This document shows positions 38,489-51,409 of a stretch of 64,000 nt of DNA, in pieces (position 1 is the first letter of the stretch; every line of letters starts with the position of its first letter). Below the pieces are notes generated by a model. That model saw only the letters and a program-made list of their open reading frames with translations. It made no database searches and was not told the origin of the DNA. A program made the translations under genes and the position numbers. The stretch is from Podarcis tiliguerta. Lineage: Eukaryota. The stretch is from assembly GCA_965153285.1 (NCBI GenBank), contig OZ229114.1. One strand, written 5' to 3'.

Positions 38489-40379
38489 TTCTTTGGCTGG
38501 ATCCACAGCACAAAAGGACATCATGTTTTTTCCAGTGATCAAGGTACGTTGGAAAAAGCAAGTTATCCTTAACCCCCAATTCGTATTCTTCCCTAGAAAG
38601 ACTGAGAGGGGGAGCATTTCTTGGAGGCTTTTTTATTCATGATGCCTTGGTCCAGAAGGGCAAAAAAAAAAGGGGGGGGGGTCGGATAAGGATATATAGC
38701 TTACAGCTAATGATCAGCCTTCCAGGGGACACATGCAGAAGAACAAGTGTTACATGGTCCCAAACCAAAATCACACATGCCATCAACTGAGCATGCAAAT
38801 ATAATGTTTATTTGTGCTTTTATTTTGTAACTTTATCTTGTGAGCCATCCTGAGATCTTTGGGTGAAGGACAGTATATACATTTAATAAATAAAATAACA
38901 ATGTAAGTCATTTTCTCCATTCACCTATACCAGGTGACTGTATGGGGCCCCCAGAAGGGTCCAAGTCTTGGGGGGGGGGTGTATGTGTGTGAGAGAGATG
39001 TAGGAGAGTTTCCTGTAGGATTTGCAAGTGTTTCAAGGTAGTCCTAACAGGACTTCCTCTTCTGTGCTATTTATCTTCAGGGCACTGTGAATGGCTATCC
39101 TTCCATTTCTTTTTTTAAAAGCATCTCTCATTACACTTTTAGCCAATATATTTCCTTTTTGCCCTCAGCAGGTGAGTTGCTAGAGGGTTTTTTTTTTTTT
39201 TTTTAAACCAGCAACAATAAGAGCAAGGCCAGACTGAACCTGGGGTGAGGTGTGGCGGCCGCTCTTTTCCCGTGGGAGCTATCACCGAGATGAAAGCAGC
39301 CGTTTGGGCCTGTGTAGGGCTGCTGGGATGTGAAACCAAATCCTCCCTCTCGCTCGGTGACAAAGACTTTTCCACATGCTGCCTTTCCTTTGTGCAGACC
39401 CTTAGCTGCTGAGAGAAGCCGCGGCATCAATCACTGCCTTAGCCTGGCTGCCCATCAGCTGGCAACGAACTCAGGCTGGGCGCCCATTGCAAGAGCTCCG
39501 TTCCTTGGCTTTCCATGCCATGGCCCATCCAGCTCAGTCAGAATGAAAGCTCCAGCTACAGAGATGCTCTGCCGAAGCAGATGCTCTGATAGCTGAGCTC
39601 ATGTGGCTGAGTTCAGAGATCCAGGGATAATTCAACCTGCCAACATGAGTGTCTTTCAACTCTGCTGCTGCTCTGAAGATCAAAGATAAAAGACAGTGTC
39701 TTCAAATACCACCCATATTCTAATGAGCAGAAAATATATAGTGCAGTGGGACAAAGTTTTCTGGTCCTGCTAGATGGAAAAGTCACAAATCTGCACTTGC
39801 TACTTACGTGGAATAAACAGCTTGAACCGGTGGCCTTTGGATTGCCAGGAGGCTGGCCACTTGGCTACCCTAGAAATAGAAGGGGCCATGGTAGTACATC
39901 TTGCAGTAGGTACTGACTCAGTTACACCTGCATCTTGGGTCACAAAGGCTTCTACACACACACATCCAGCTCTGTGGATGTAGAGAATGAAGTGGAAAGT
40001 GCCTTGTACAAAACAGCCATGGAGCCTTGATTGCCAATGGCACTGAACTCTGTTCCCATCCACCCCCATGCTCTGGACTCTGTCAGGAAGAGGTGATGAC
40101 AAGGTACAGCTCAGCTATTCCTCCAGCAGCTGCAAGAGCCTGGGAGACTCTCCGCTCCTACCCAGCAGCCACCAGGGCAGGATCCAATTCCTGTCATGTC
40201 ACAGTAGTGCTTAGACTCCATCCAAGGCAGTCCTGGGCTGATCAGCACAGCTTCAGGTTCTGTAGCACATCACATGGCCACTCATCCCACTGAACAGATT
40301 TCAGCATCTACCCAGACCCAGGAGAACTTGAAGGGTCAAAGTTGCTCTCTTGTCTTCCTTCTCCTGTCACGTCCTGGTT

Positions 40380-40580
40380 TGAGGGAAGGACTGTGGCCCA
40401 GTTGCAGGCAAAAGGTACTAGGTTCCACCTGTGCAACCTCGGGTAAGGCTGGGAGAAACCCTTGCCGGAAATCTTGGAGAGCCACTGCTGGTCACTGTAG
40501 ACAGTACTGAGCTAGATAGACCAATGAGAACAACACACACTTAGCACTTAGGATATGGCAAGTTCCAATGTTCTCATAAG
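40380..40580 (+). mobile_element. Degraded squamate SINE with CR1-type tail
   Basis: ggctgggaga.ac.c.tgcc.gaaa.c.tggagagcc.ctgc.gtca.tgtagaca.tactgagctagat.gaccaatg, a common lizard SINE body recognised from memory. Confidence 0.55.
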
Positions 40581-40638
40581 GGACGGGTTCATCAATTAGC
40601 TGAGCAGCAGTACTAGACTGGATACTAATGGTCTATGC

Positions 40639-41110
40639 CAGAGGTTTTCAACCTCTTGACCATTTTCAGCTCCCTTGACCAACTACCTTCTTTCTGCAGC
40701 ACTCCTGTGGGGCTCAGGAGCCCAGTTATGTCACCCCTTGCCTGCCAAGCTGGTAGCATCTCACCCTTTTCCAAACACCCTCCCTTGTGGAGTGTTCCCT
40801 CCTCCTCTCCTCTCCCTTCTCCCTGGGAGTCCTCCAGGCAGTCGCTGCAGCCACCCCTGATCTCTGAGCTGCCTCAGTTCCTGGAAACTAGCAGCTCCTG
40901 GCCAGACCCTGAGGCACCATTCACCTGGGGAGCTTATAGCCAGGGCTGCTGCAACTAACAGCTGTGCAAACCTTTGGGGGGCACAGATGTGAGAGGGCAT
41001 CAGAGGAGTGAGGGGAGGGAAGATGGACAGAGGCCAGTGCTGCCCGTGGCACCCCTGACCATCATTCAAGGCATCCCAGGGTGCCACGGCACACTAGTCG
41101 AAAACCACTG
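40639..41110. mobile_element. Non-autonomous hAT (Charlie-like) element, 472 bp
   Basis: TIRs CAGAGGTTTTCAAC / GTCGAAAACCACTG; perfect 8-bp TSD GTCTATGC (40631-40638; 41111-41118). Confidence 0.9.
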
Positions 41111-42191
41111 GTCTATGCAACACTCTGTCCTGTTTCTAAGGGAAATGAAGGCCAACAGGTGCTTGAAAAGGAAAGTGTTAAGTGAGTTTCCAGGAAGAAC
41201 ATGACAATGGCAGCCCTTGGGAGATACTCCCAGACTACTCTCAGCTTGCTCCCAAAGGCTGCCTTTGGTCAGGGTCAGGCGTACTGCAAAGTTCCCCTAA
41301 AGTTGTCCTTGATCTGAAATTCTGTCTTCTCACACCCCTTGGGTGATATTGTTCACCACAAATACTTTCGGCCTTTTCTTTTAACACTCTCACAGCTCAG
41401 AACTGTGCTGCAGCTTCTGAAAATGAGTTCTGGGCAACTATTCTTTGTAAAGAACAGAGTAACACACCCAGTAGGCACTTTGGCTGGGAGAAAACACCAC
41501 ACTGTCTGCCTCACACTTGCGTGCTAAGTGTGTGTTGTTCTCATACTTGTGGCTGATGGCACCCCTGTTGCTGCGCCTCATCTCATCTGCAGGCGTGAAC
41601 ATGCGTCTCTGGAAGGAACAGGACGTGAAGTGTGGAGAGCAGAACCACAAGTGACATTTAATGTTCTCCTCTGTTTGCCAATAATAGCTCTCAGAGGACC
41701 GCAAGTGAAGGGACTATTATGCTGCTGCTACATGCCAGATTACAGCAACATTTATTCACCATGTGGTTAGTGCACAATTTCACAGCCCGGCTGGCCTGGT
41801 TGTAAAGCTATACTGGGCCCCTGGGAATGTATCCTGTAATGGCTCTGCCAGGAGACAGGCAGGTCTGCTGAATAGGACTGCATGGCAGGTCATCTTATTC
41901 ACACCGTTCCCAACACCTTCTGCCTCTGGACATGTACCTGTGCAAGGAATCCCCAGGGTCCTCCGGCAAAACTCCCTGCAGTGGTATAACTGAGACGAAC
42001 GGTCACTCATTCTACAGCAGCGTAATCCAATATAGGGCAGAGCTTGTAGGTTTTTGGTAGTTATAGTGAAAGGGAGAATTTGAGCAGATGATGCAACATG
42101 GGAGAACAATATTAAAAGTAGATCTCTGACCTGTATTGAATGTGGTGTAATGGCTCACCTGCTTTTATGTTTTTCTTTTTCTGTGGGGCAG

Positions 42192-42337
42192 GATTATTGG
42201 CTCTCCCTGCTCTACAAGCGACTTGTGGGGCCCAGGGTGCTCTCTGTGCACGTGGCCGGGCTGCAGAGGAAACCTCGCCTTGGCAGGGTGATCCGTGATA
42301 AACTGCGCATCTACGCTCATTGCACCAGCTACCACAA
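42192..42337 (+). CDS. HPSE2: Heparanase-2, exon 10, 146 nt
   Basis: ctgtggggcag|GAT TAT TGG ... TAC CAC AA|gtgagt; DYWLSLLYKRLVGPRVLSVHVAGLQRKPRLGRVIRDKLRIYAHCTSYH(N). Confidence 0.97.
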
Positions 42338-44696
42338 GTGAGTTACCACATGCCGCAAGCAGGGCTTCTTGGAACAGAGGTAGGGGCTGGGGCACTGGCG
42401 ACTGGAAGACCCAAGAGGGTGAACTCAGCATGGGCCACACCCTCGGATGAAAATGTTGCTTGGCATGGAGGAGGAGGAGGAGGATTTGGTACTGCCATCC
42501 CTTTTGCCTGAGGTCGCAGGGCAGGTTACAACAATAAAAACACAACATTAAAAACAATTCAAAACAACATCTCGGAAGCAAAAGTGGGTCCCAAAACGTA
42601 TACATCTCTAGTGTCAAAACCCAGAGGTGTTTTAACACTAGAGAGGTGTGTTCGCAGCCAAAAGCTATTTAATGATAGCGATGCCTTCCTGCTCCATCCT
42701 TCTGAGCAGCTATGACCCTGTCCCTGCCAAAGAGCAGGTCTCTTACTGACACTTGGTGTCCCAGGGACAATTAATACAGCAAGGGAGTAGTAGCTCTTGT
42801 CTATAACTCACCTTTTGTCTGCCCCCGCAAAAAGGGTTTAAGTTCTCCTCCTGCTGCAAGGAGGTTATAACGATTGTTTGGGGACCAGGATTTAAGGACC
42901 TGCTTCTCTTCCCCCTGCTGCCCCCGCAATCCCTGTGCGCATATCTGCATCTTTACTTGCTCTGGTTGTGGCCGGGGTGGGTGGGGAATGGCTCTGGTGA
43001 TGATAGGGAAGAGCAGCTATCTCTGGGACTAGGGTGAGTGCCTTTGCAGCCCAACTTTTATCAGGATGAGATCAGGAGAGTGCATTTTCCTCTAAAGGCC
43101 CCGGGGGTCTGGTTACAGTTCCTCGCCCCCCTCCACTCCCCTCACTTGGGGCACCCAGCCTAGCTAGGGTTTCTGTGATAAGCCTTTTCAAAGCATCCTC
43201 CTCCGAGCGCAGGGCCTGGGAGTCCCCTGTGTGCACACAGGTCCCCATTGTTGCTTCCTCATTTCGGGCAGAAGCTTTCAACAAGCTTCCCCCTCCAGGA
43301 GGGAGTCTTGGCCAGTGACTGACAGGTAACTGGCAACTGGGATAGGGACAGGTGGGAAAGGAAAGGCAGCAGGAGCGGGCACAGGTGGGCAGGTCATCCC
43401 ATGCCCTGGGCATTTGGAAGAGAGACTGCTATTCACTCTCTCTGTCTTCGGTTTGGGGCATTTCTGGCTAAGCTCGCTGCAGAAGCATGAGTACTGTAAA
43501 GAGCTTTAGACTCTAGAAATATGGACCGAGAAAATAATATTTATAAAGCTCTGAGTGCCTCATGTTATCTTTACAAAGATCCTGCAACAGAATTGTATTA
43601 TTGTCCCCTTATGGGGTCCAAGGCTGAGAAGATAAGTGATTTGCCTAAGGCCACATAGTAAATTCATGCAGTTGAGGGGAGGTTTCAGCTGGGGATTCCC
43701 ATCTCATGCTCTTAACCTTTCCACCATTTTTCAAACATTCCAAAAGGTGGGAGCTTCCTTCAGCAATGTAGCTTCCTTCTGCCCTGTAAATTGACCTGCT
43801 TTGACAGTCTTAATGCTGGTGGCGCTTCTCAGGGCCAGCTGCAAATTGTGGCTGATTCAGAGGGATTCGCTTAAAACTGCAAGTGCCTCTTGTCATGCAT
43901 GTTGGCTGCAAAACACACATTAATGACTCTAAAGCCCACTTGACCATCCCATTGGTTAGAAATGCTAGAGCAGCAAGTTTGTTACACACCCACCCTTTCA
44001 CAGGCTGAAGTAGCTGCCCCAAAGAGCAGTGGACTTGAAAGGCTGTCTAGTCCAGCTCCCTGCTGCAAAGCAGACCCCTCCTTCCATCACCCAATCAGCC
44101 TATGCACTCTGGACCAGAAAATGCCATGTACATAGCACTGTCCTCAATCCTTTACCTTACCAGATTGGAACTACACTGAAGAATCCATCCGTAGGTAACA
44201 TCACCTTGCGGTTACTTAAAATGCAACAGTTCCATTTTGTGCCCTGTCTTCACCCAGGCTGGATCACTTGGCCACGACATTTTAATAGCTCCACCTTACT
44301 GGAGAAATAGGGCTCTGTGTGTGCTGAGGAGTTCCGAGGAGCTGTGCGTTTCATTCACATCATCACACTGCCCAGCTATTGCAGGATATGTCGGGGCCAT
44401 TCTCTTGCCAAACTTTTCTTTGCAAAGGAGAGAGAAAAGGAAAGCAATGTGACAGGGCAACTTCCTGAATTGGAAGGGCAGGAAACATTTCATACTGTCA
44501 TGAATTTCAGCTAGACAAAAAAGTCAGCTGCTTCTGCATAATATGGCCCCATCCTCCAGTTCCTTTGACTGGAGTGATTTTATCTTGGGATCTGTGGAGC
44601 AATAAGGGAAGTCCTCAACCTTAATACTAACAGGGAGGTATCTAGGAAAGTGTGCACACGACTGACCCTAAGCCACCTTGTCTCTATCTCACACAG

Positions 44697-44843
44697 CCAC
44701 AACTACGTCCGCGGCTCTATCACGCTTTACATCATCAACCTGCACCGGTCCCGGAAGAAAATCAAGCTGGTGGGAACTCTTCGGGACAAGCTTGTCCACC
44801 AGTATGTGCTGCAGCCCTATGGGCAGGAAGGGCTACATTCTAG
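44697..44843 (+). CDS. HPSE2: Heparanase-2, exon 11, 147 nt
   Basis: tctcacacag|C CAC AAC TAC ... CAT TCT AG|gtgagc; HNYVRGSITLYIINLHRSRKKIKLVGTLRDKLVHQYVLQPYGQEGLHS(R). Confidence 0.97.
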   Translation, partial: PQLRPRLYHALHHQPAPVPEENQAGGNSSGQACPPVCAAALWAGRATF

Positions 44844-45878
44844 GTGAGCACTATCATCCTGGTAGGCATTGAAAAGTGGTATTAGAATCCAGCCTCTCCC
44901 GATTGACAAGAAAGACCACTGCTGCTAGAGTTCAGTGCCTTGGCCGGGGGCGGGGGGAGAAGGGAAGCTACTGATGCAGGTATCAGGCTTGTGATGCTCC
45001 CCATCAATTTCCCATTCAGTATATGCACCACCTTTACAAGATGCTGAGCCTGCCTAAATTCGATGTAAATTGTACTCCCATCTTTCAGCTGACCAACAGT
45101 TGATCCCACAATAAATCTGTTAGCCTGTAAGGTAACAAAGGGCTCCCCCTTTCACGGTCTTTTCCTGCGACAGGCTAATTTAGCTTCTCTAATGTCATTC
45201 AACTTTACATTACCACTGTAGTACCAAGCAGATCCTTTCCCCCAACAATCCTCCCATGATTGACCAGACCTTATGCCCTGTAACAGGACTAATTTGTAAA
45301 TTGCTACACACTCTCCATTTGTTTACTGTATATGCCTTATAATCCATCAGGTCAGTGAAGCAACAGGCACCTAAAATGAAACAACATGTGCTGGTGCACA
45401 TATCTTTAAGTGTCTGACTGTGTTAATTGGGGGAGGTGTGGACATGATACACTGCAAAGCAGCAAAGAGAGCACAATGTAATTGTCACCCCCAGGAAGAT
45501 TCTCAGCTCTGATGGTCTAGAGCTTCATTTGACTTGCCCACTAGCATATTTGCTACTGTTATAGCTGCATAGTTCGTGCACTGATGTCCAGTGGGAAAGT
45601 GTTGCCTGCTAGTATGGAATGAGTCTTACCACTCCCATGTGCCCCAGCCAGCCTTCACATGACATTGTCCTCAGAGTCCAGGCCCCTTCAACTCCTAGAG
45701 GTGCGAAGCTGGTGTGGCCACCCTCTTGAATATCAGTTTTCCTGCATCTTTCCTCCTAGCCACAAAAGACACCTGTGGCCATCTCAAAGCTGGGCCACCA
45801 TTCCTTTGTGTCTAGGACCAGCCTTTCCCTTGTGCTTCCCTAAGGTGGTTTTCTCATGCATTTGCTCTGTGTGTGCAG

Positions 45879-46044
45879 GTCAGTGCAGCTTAATGGGCAG
45901 CCGCTCACCATGGTGGACGACGGGACTCTGCCCACGCTGAAGCCTCGCCCCCTCCGCCCTGGCCGGACCCTGGTCATCCCACCGCTCACGATGAGCTTCT
46001 ATGTGGTGAAGAATGTTAATGCCCTGGCCTGCCGGTACCGGTAG
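45879..46044 (+). CDS. HPSE2: Heparanase-2, last coding exon (exon 12) to stop codon
   Basis: gtgtgcag|G TCA GTG CAG ... TAC CGG TAG; SVQLNGQPLTMVDDGTLPTLKPRPLRPGRTLVIPPLTMSFYVVKNVNALACRYR*, the canonical HPSE2 C-terminus. Confidence 0.97.
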
Positions 46045-46996
46045 CTCCACCCACCCCACTGCCAAGGACAGACCTGCTAGGCCTCGGGGTGGGGGCATCT
46101 GCTGCCAAGGGCTTCCATCTCGGGTAGACTAGGCAGGTAGCACAGGGAAAGGAGACTGAAGAATCGCTATGGGTGCCCGCAAGCACTGGGCATCATTGGA
46201 TGGCGTGTGGTTATGATGTCAACAACACCATATGCAGTGGCTCCTCCATGATGAATTGGGAGAGAAAGAGGGGGGTTTCAAAGTCAGATCCCCCTCTTAT
46301 GGAAAAAGCATTAAGCCAGAGTCAAGAGGAATTGCCCAGCAAGCTGTCCCACTGAAGGATGGAGCACTGAGTTGCTGCTTCAGAAACTTGGAAGAGCACA
46401 GAAACTTGAACCTTCTGCAAAATGACAGATCCGGGGAAGCTGCCCAGAGCATCCTGCCCTTGACAGCCTGGGAAACGTCTTAAACCCTGTGCAGAGATGA
46501 TGATCATATAGTGGAGACATTGTGCCACCTTGTGGGCAGGCGGAAAGGCTCTGATTGAGATAGGAACCCCGGCTTTATTTGCTAAACATACGCAAGGGCA
46601 GGATGCAGAACTGATCAACAGGAAAAGCCTCAGAATCATCCTGGGCCCCTTCAGCTTTATTCCTTCGGGAGCTGCTCCCTCTGCTGGCAACTGGCAGTAG
46701 AACAAGCTATGCTTGTCAGGCGTGGGGTGGAGCACACTGGCTATGCAAACAGAGGCAGTTGCACATGGCGTTATGAGGCATGTGCGCATGCAGGAGCCAG
46801 AAGAGCCTCTTACAGAAATAAGTAGCCAATTGGGCTGCCGGGGAAAGATGTGCAGCATATGCCCATCCGGATAAGACGAGCCACTGGGGTGTCTGCAACT
46901 GTTTTGTGGCATTGTGGGGTGGGGGAAGAAGAGGTTTGGTCTTGGCTACTGTCAAATTATGCTGCCTTCTGGGAGCATTTGCTGTAAATGTTAATT

Positions 46997-47002
46997 ATTA
47001 AA
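46997..47002 (+). terminator. Candidate polyadenylation signal (ATTAAA) for HPSE2 3'UTR
   Basis: Variant hexamer ~950 nt after the stop in an AT-rich patch; AATAAA also occurs further down (49607-49612), so the true 3' end is uncertain. Confidence 0.3.
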
Positions 47003-48403
47003 TTATATTTTCTGAAGAACTCTACAAGATCCTTGGAACAGAGTTGGGGACAAGGGTCTCTATTGGACCTCCTGGGGGATTTTCAGATATTTGAATACTG
47101 GGGCGCAAGGTAGGGGGAAATCATAAGGACAGCCACTTGAAAGTTGGTATAATATCCATATATTGAGCCTGGATAAGGGTCCTTCTACTCTCTGCAGTTG
47201 GTATTTGCATGCAGCCAGGTGTCACACTTAGGACCAGATGGCAACCAGATTCTCTTATCAGCACCCCTGCCTCTGTTTTCTTGGGACCAGCACCATCCAC
47301 ACCCCTAGATCCAACCTAGGCATCAAGCCTGTTACACTCACAGAACCTTTGCCAACCTGGTGCCCTTCAGTTGTTCTGGACTACAACTCCCATCAGTCCC
47401 AGTTAGCCAGCCATGCTGACTGGTAGGAGTTGCAGGGAATGAACACACTGTATGATAATATGCATTCAGTGATGGATGCAGGCACCGTTTTGGGAGTGCT
47501 GTACACACAGCAGCATCCTCATGCTGCCCCAGAGTCACACAATTTGTCCATCTAAAGCGAGTTCTGCTGGAATGGTTATAATCCATTTGGTTCCAAGAAC
47601 GCACTTCTCAAGTGCTTGCTGCACATATGTGGATACAGAGAGTGCTTTATCTGATCACGTCCTATTGAGGCAGACCTACTGACATTGCAGGGCTGTGCCA
47701 CTCCCCCTCACTGTGTTTAACTTGCCTGTGGATGAATTAGGCAAAATAGGAAGTAGTACTTAGCTGCCTTGGTATATCAATATATATCCTCTGTACACAG
47801 TTTGCAGCCCCTCCCCTTCATATGACTATGATTTGTTTTTCTTAAAAAAACTTCTGTAGAAGCACTACTTGAGGAAAGGGAAACAGAGAACATTGTTGCA
47901 CACTGGTTTGAAAATGCGCCTACTTGTGTGTACAGACAGCATGGGTAGTAGTTGCCACTTCAGATGACATTAGCAACTGTGTTTAGCAACTCAGAGTATT
48001 TAAAGGTGTAGGCGGTGCCTCCTAGATCATAGAATTTTAGAGTTGGAAAGAACCACAAGGTCATATCTTGGCAACCCAAGAAGGCAGCATTTTGAGATTT
48101 GGATAGAATGTCCACATTTGCTCACAGGTGTCAGTCCTCACATTATATTATGTTCCATTTTATGCTGTGAGTCACTAAGAATGAGCTTCAGCTTGTCCTC
48201 TCATGAGCAAGCATGCCAATCTCTGCCTGTACAAGAAGAATTAGGGAAATGCTCATGCCTAGAGTCACTCCATGTCCAGTTAAACAATCCCGCAACACCT
48301 TTTCATTGAGCAGAAGGTACCCAACTGATTTAAATCAAGTGGGATGGGGTAGAAATGGAACTGTTGCGCTGCAAAATGAAACAGCCCCCTGTTCTAGCTT
48401 GTA

Positions 48404-48613
48404 CAGTCGTACTTTGGTTTTCGAACAGCTTAGTTCTTGAATGTTTTGGGTCCCCAACGCCACAAACCTTGAAGTGACTGTTCCAGTGTGCGAACTATTT
48501 TTGGAAGCCAAACATTCCTGCAGCCAATCAGAAGTTGCACTTGGGTTTCCAAACATTTTGGAAGTTGAACAGACTTCCAGAACAGATTCCGTTTGACTAC
48601 CAAGGTATGACTG
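48404..48613. mobile_element. Tc1/mariner (Tigger-like) MITE, 210 bp
   Basis: TA|CAGTCGTACTTTGG...CCAAGGTATGACTG|TA. Confidence 0.85.
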
Positions 48614-49730
48614 TACAGTACTTGATTCCTAGAATGCAGGCATAGTAATCTGAGCAAGCTGTAGGATTTTCCCTGTGATTCACATCATGGTGTCCAGTAA
48701 GCAGCCTTTGGGCAGATTACCTTGGTATCCACACATCTCAGCCCTTTATTTAGAGAGGCTTGTGCAGCTCTCTGCCGTGACCGGCTCCAACCCTCAAAAT
48801 GAGCTCTTCCTCAGGTCTTTACTTGCTTGGCTTCTACTGCAGAATTTGAGAAATGGCAGCAATGTCTGCCCTTGATCCAGAGCCCTTTGAAACCATAAAC
48901 AGGGTTACTGCCTCCCTGGAGCTCTGTGCCCACTTGATAGCCATACAACACTTTGTGTTCAATTATTGTAAAAACAGCAACTGAGAAATTTATTACTAGT
49001 CGGAACAGCTCTTTTGGAAAATCCATTATCAGCCCCCTTCTGCAATTCTGCTGTTGCTTTGTGCAAGACCCATATCTTAGCACAGTGTGTGGACCCTTAT
49101 GGGAATCACTTGGTTTATCTCAATATAGAACTGAATAAGCAAGAGAGCAATGCCGGGAAAGAACAGCCTTTATGTCTTTGTTTAGACAAGTATTGGATGT
49201 CATAGCAATGCCCTTGCATAGTCCACAGATGGAACCCAAGGGAAATCTCAACTTTTGTCAAATGAAAATATTCCAATCGATTGATTCAAATTATTTTTAA
49301 AACAATAGGAGGTCAACACAATCTAGGATAAAACAAGGGGAAATACAACAACTGTCATAAGCCATCACAGTGTAAAACAATAACCTGAGAGAGGGGATGT
49401 CAATATAATACAACCAACGTGATAAACAATTTTTAAAAATCATAATTAGTACAAAGCAACTCAATTAAAACTTGGTGGTAAGAGTGCCGTTTGAAGTGCT
49501 GGCTTAACTCCACCTCAGCCGATTATTTGCCTAGATTTAAGTTTCTATCACATTAGTTTCAAATTTTGGTTTGTAGTTAACTATTGGCCGTAATGAAACA
49601 TATAAAAATAAAATAGAGCTAATGATGACAACCAAGCTGTTTCAAATATAGCTGGTAAAATATAGCTTGTGTCTTGGCTAATACTACTAAAGAGATGGCT
49701 ACTCTTCTCATTATTGTAATAGTCTTGTAA

Positions 49731-50057
49731 TGGTAAAAAGGTAAAGGACCCCTGACAGTTAAGTCCAGTCATGAACGGCTCTGGGGTTGCGGTGCTCGCT
49801 TTACTGGCCAAGGGAGCCGACGTTTGTCTGCAGACTGTTTTTCTGGGTCATGTGGCCAGCACGACTAAACCGCTACCAGCACACGGAAACACTGTTTACC
49901 TTCCTACTTGCACTTTGACATGCTTTCGAACTGCTAGCTTGGCAGAAGCTGGGACCGAGTAATGGGAGCTCACCCCATCGCAGGGATTCGAACCGCCAAC
50001 CTTCTGATTGGCAAGCCCTAGGCTCAGTGGTTTAGACCACAGCGCCACCCACGTCCC
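49731..50057 (-). mobile_element. Sauria SINE
   Basis: Same family as 14273-14620; perfect 10-bp TSD AGTCTTGTAA (49721-49730; 50058-50067). Confidence 0.92.
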
Positions 50058-50131
50058 AGTCTTGTAAGTACTCAGCTATTTCTGTCTGATGCCTTATATC
50101 TCATGATGCAGAGAGTAAATGGAAACCATAT

Positions 50132-50639
50132 TGTTGTAAGTCACCCCAATGTCTGAGCAGTGCGAGATTCCAGGGGTTTCAGGCACCTACCCAGGGTTAG
50201 TGTTTCCTTTTGGAATGAGGCACAGCAGAGACTATAGTGTCTTTAGGATATGTGGTTTATTAATGCATATATACAACCTCAGCCTGCGATAGAGGGGTTA
50301 ACAGCATTAATACCCCAAAGTGTATTATTTCTCCCATAGTCACAGCCCTGGATTCAAACAGATGTCAAACATTGCTCTCTGACCCTCTCTCCAGCTTGCT
50401 GCTTTACTTCTAGGTCACATTAATCCTACCTCTGCTCCAAACTCTGGCTTTTTTTCTGTTGAGACTCATTTGCCATCTTACACCAAGCCCCTTAATGGTT
50501 TATCACCCAGGCTATCACTTCACCAGGAAGCTAGCTTGGCTATTCCACCAATTAGAAGCCTTGATTAAATTCTAACACTTACTGGATCCAGGGATTAGAG
50601 GGGGTCTGGCACACATCTTAACACCCCAAACTCATAACA
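50132..50639 (-). mobile_element. Solo LTR, 508 bp
   Basis: TGTT...AACA termini; 4-bp TSD ATAT (50128-50131; 50640-50643); AATAAA on the minus strand at 50256-50261. Confidence 0.65.
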
Positions 50640-51409
50640 ATATGCATTCACTGTTATTACATTATGTATATTTTTGCTTCGTTTCATTGGTGGAAGAGAA
50701 CTTTGCTGTTGTGCCAAAGTCTTCACAATAAATATACATTTTGAGATACGACTTTATGGAAGACCTGAAAGAAGTCCACCATATGGCAGTCAGAGAAGGA
50801 GAGGTGCCAGACATGACAGGCACCAAGGGAGAAAAAGAAGCCATTTAAGGAAGCAGGAGATGGCTGATATTATTACCAATTACAATAAAACAGATAGTTG
50901 AAAATAAGCCAGCTACCATGAAACACAGTTTAAAACACAACCAAGCCTAGAAAACTTCGATAAAATCTGGCAATGGTACATATAATAAAGCATTTCAGTT
51001 AAAAGTGAGAGAAAACACAAACTACTTTGAAGTTCTCTTTAAAACCAGAAGTAATGGGAGTCAGCTGTATTACCCCTCTTGGGAGGAGATTCCATAGGAT
51101 TCCACCATGACATGACTTGCCTGGAAAGGAGACAGAGGAATCAAAGATAAAGGCAAGGCTGTCTGTCCCTGATCAAGAGGATGGATGGTGGTGTCAGTGG
51201 AGATGGAGTATGTACAAGGAGAGGAAGGCTTGTGGGGGAAAAGATAAGAAGTCTAGCCTTGACTATGCTGAGACTGAGACAGCAATAAAACATGGAACTA
51301 TCAGACAAGCAGCTGTAGATATAGGACTGGATGGAGACGCAACGTTCTGAGGTGAAGCTGGATATCATTATTGTATAGATGGTACTGAAATCCCATAAAA
51401 TTTGATGCG

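Noticed and set aside
46322-46912. 196-aa minus-strand ORF
   Set aside because: Antisense to the HPSE2 3'UTR; composition looks non-coding and no family similarity is recognisable
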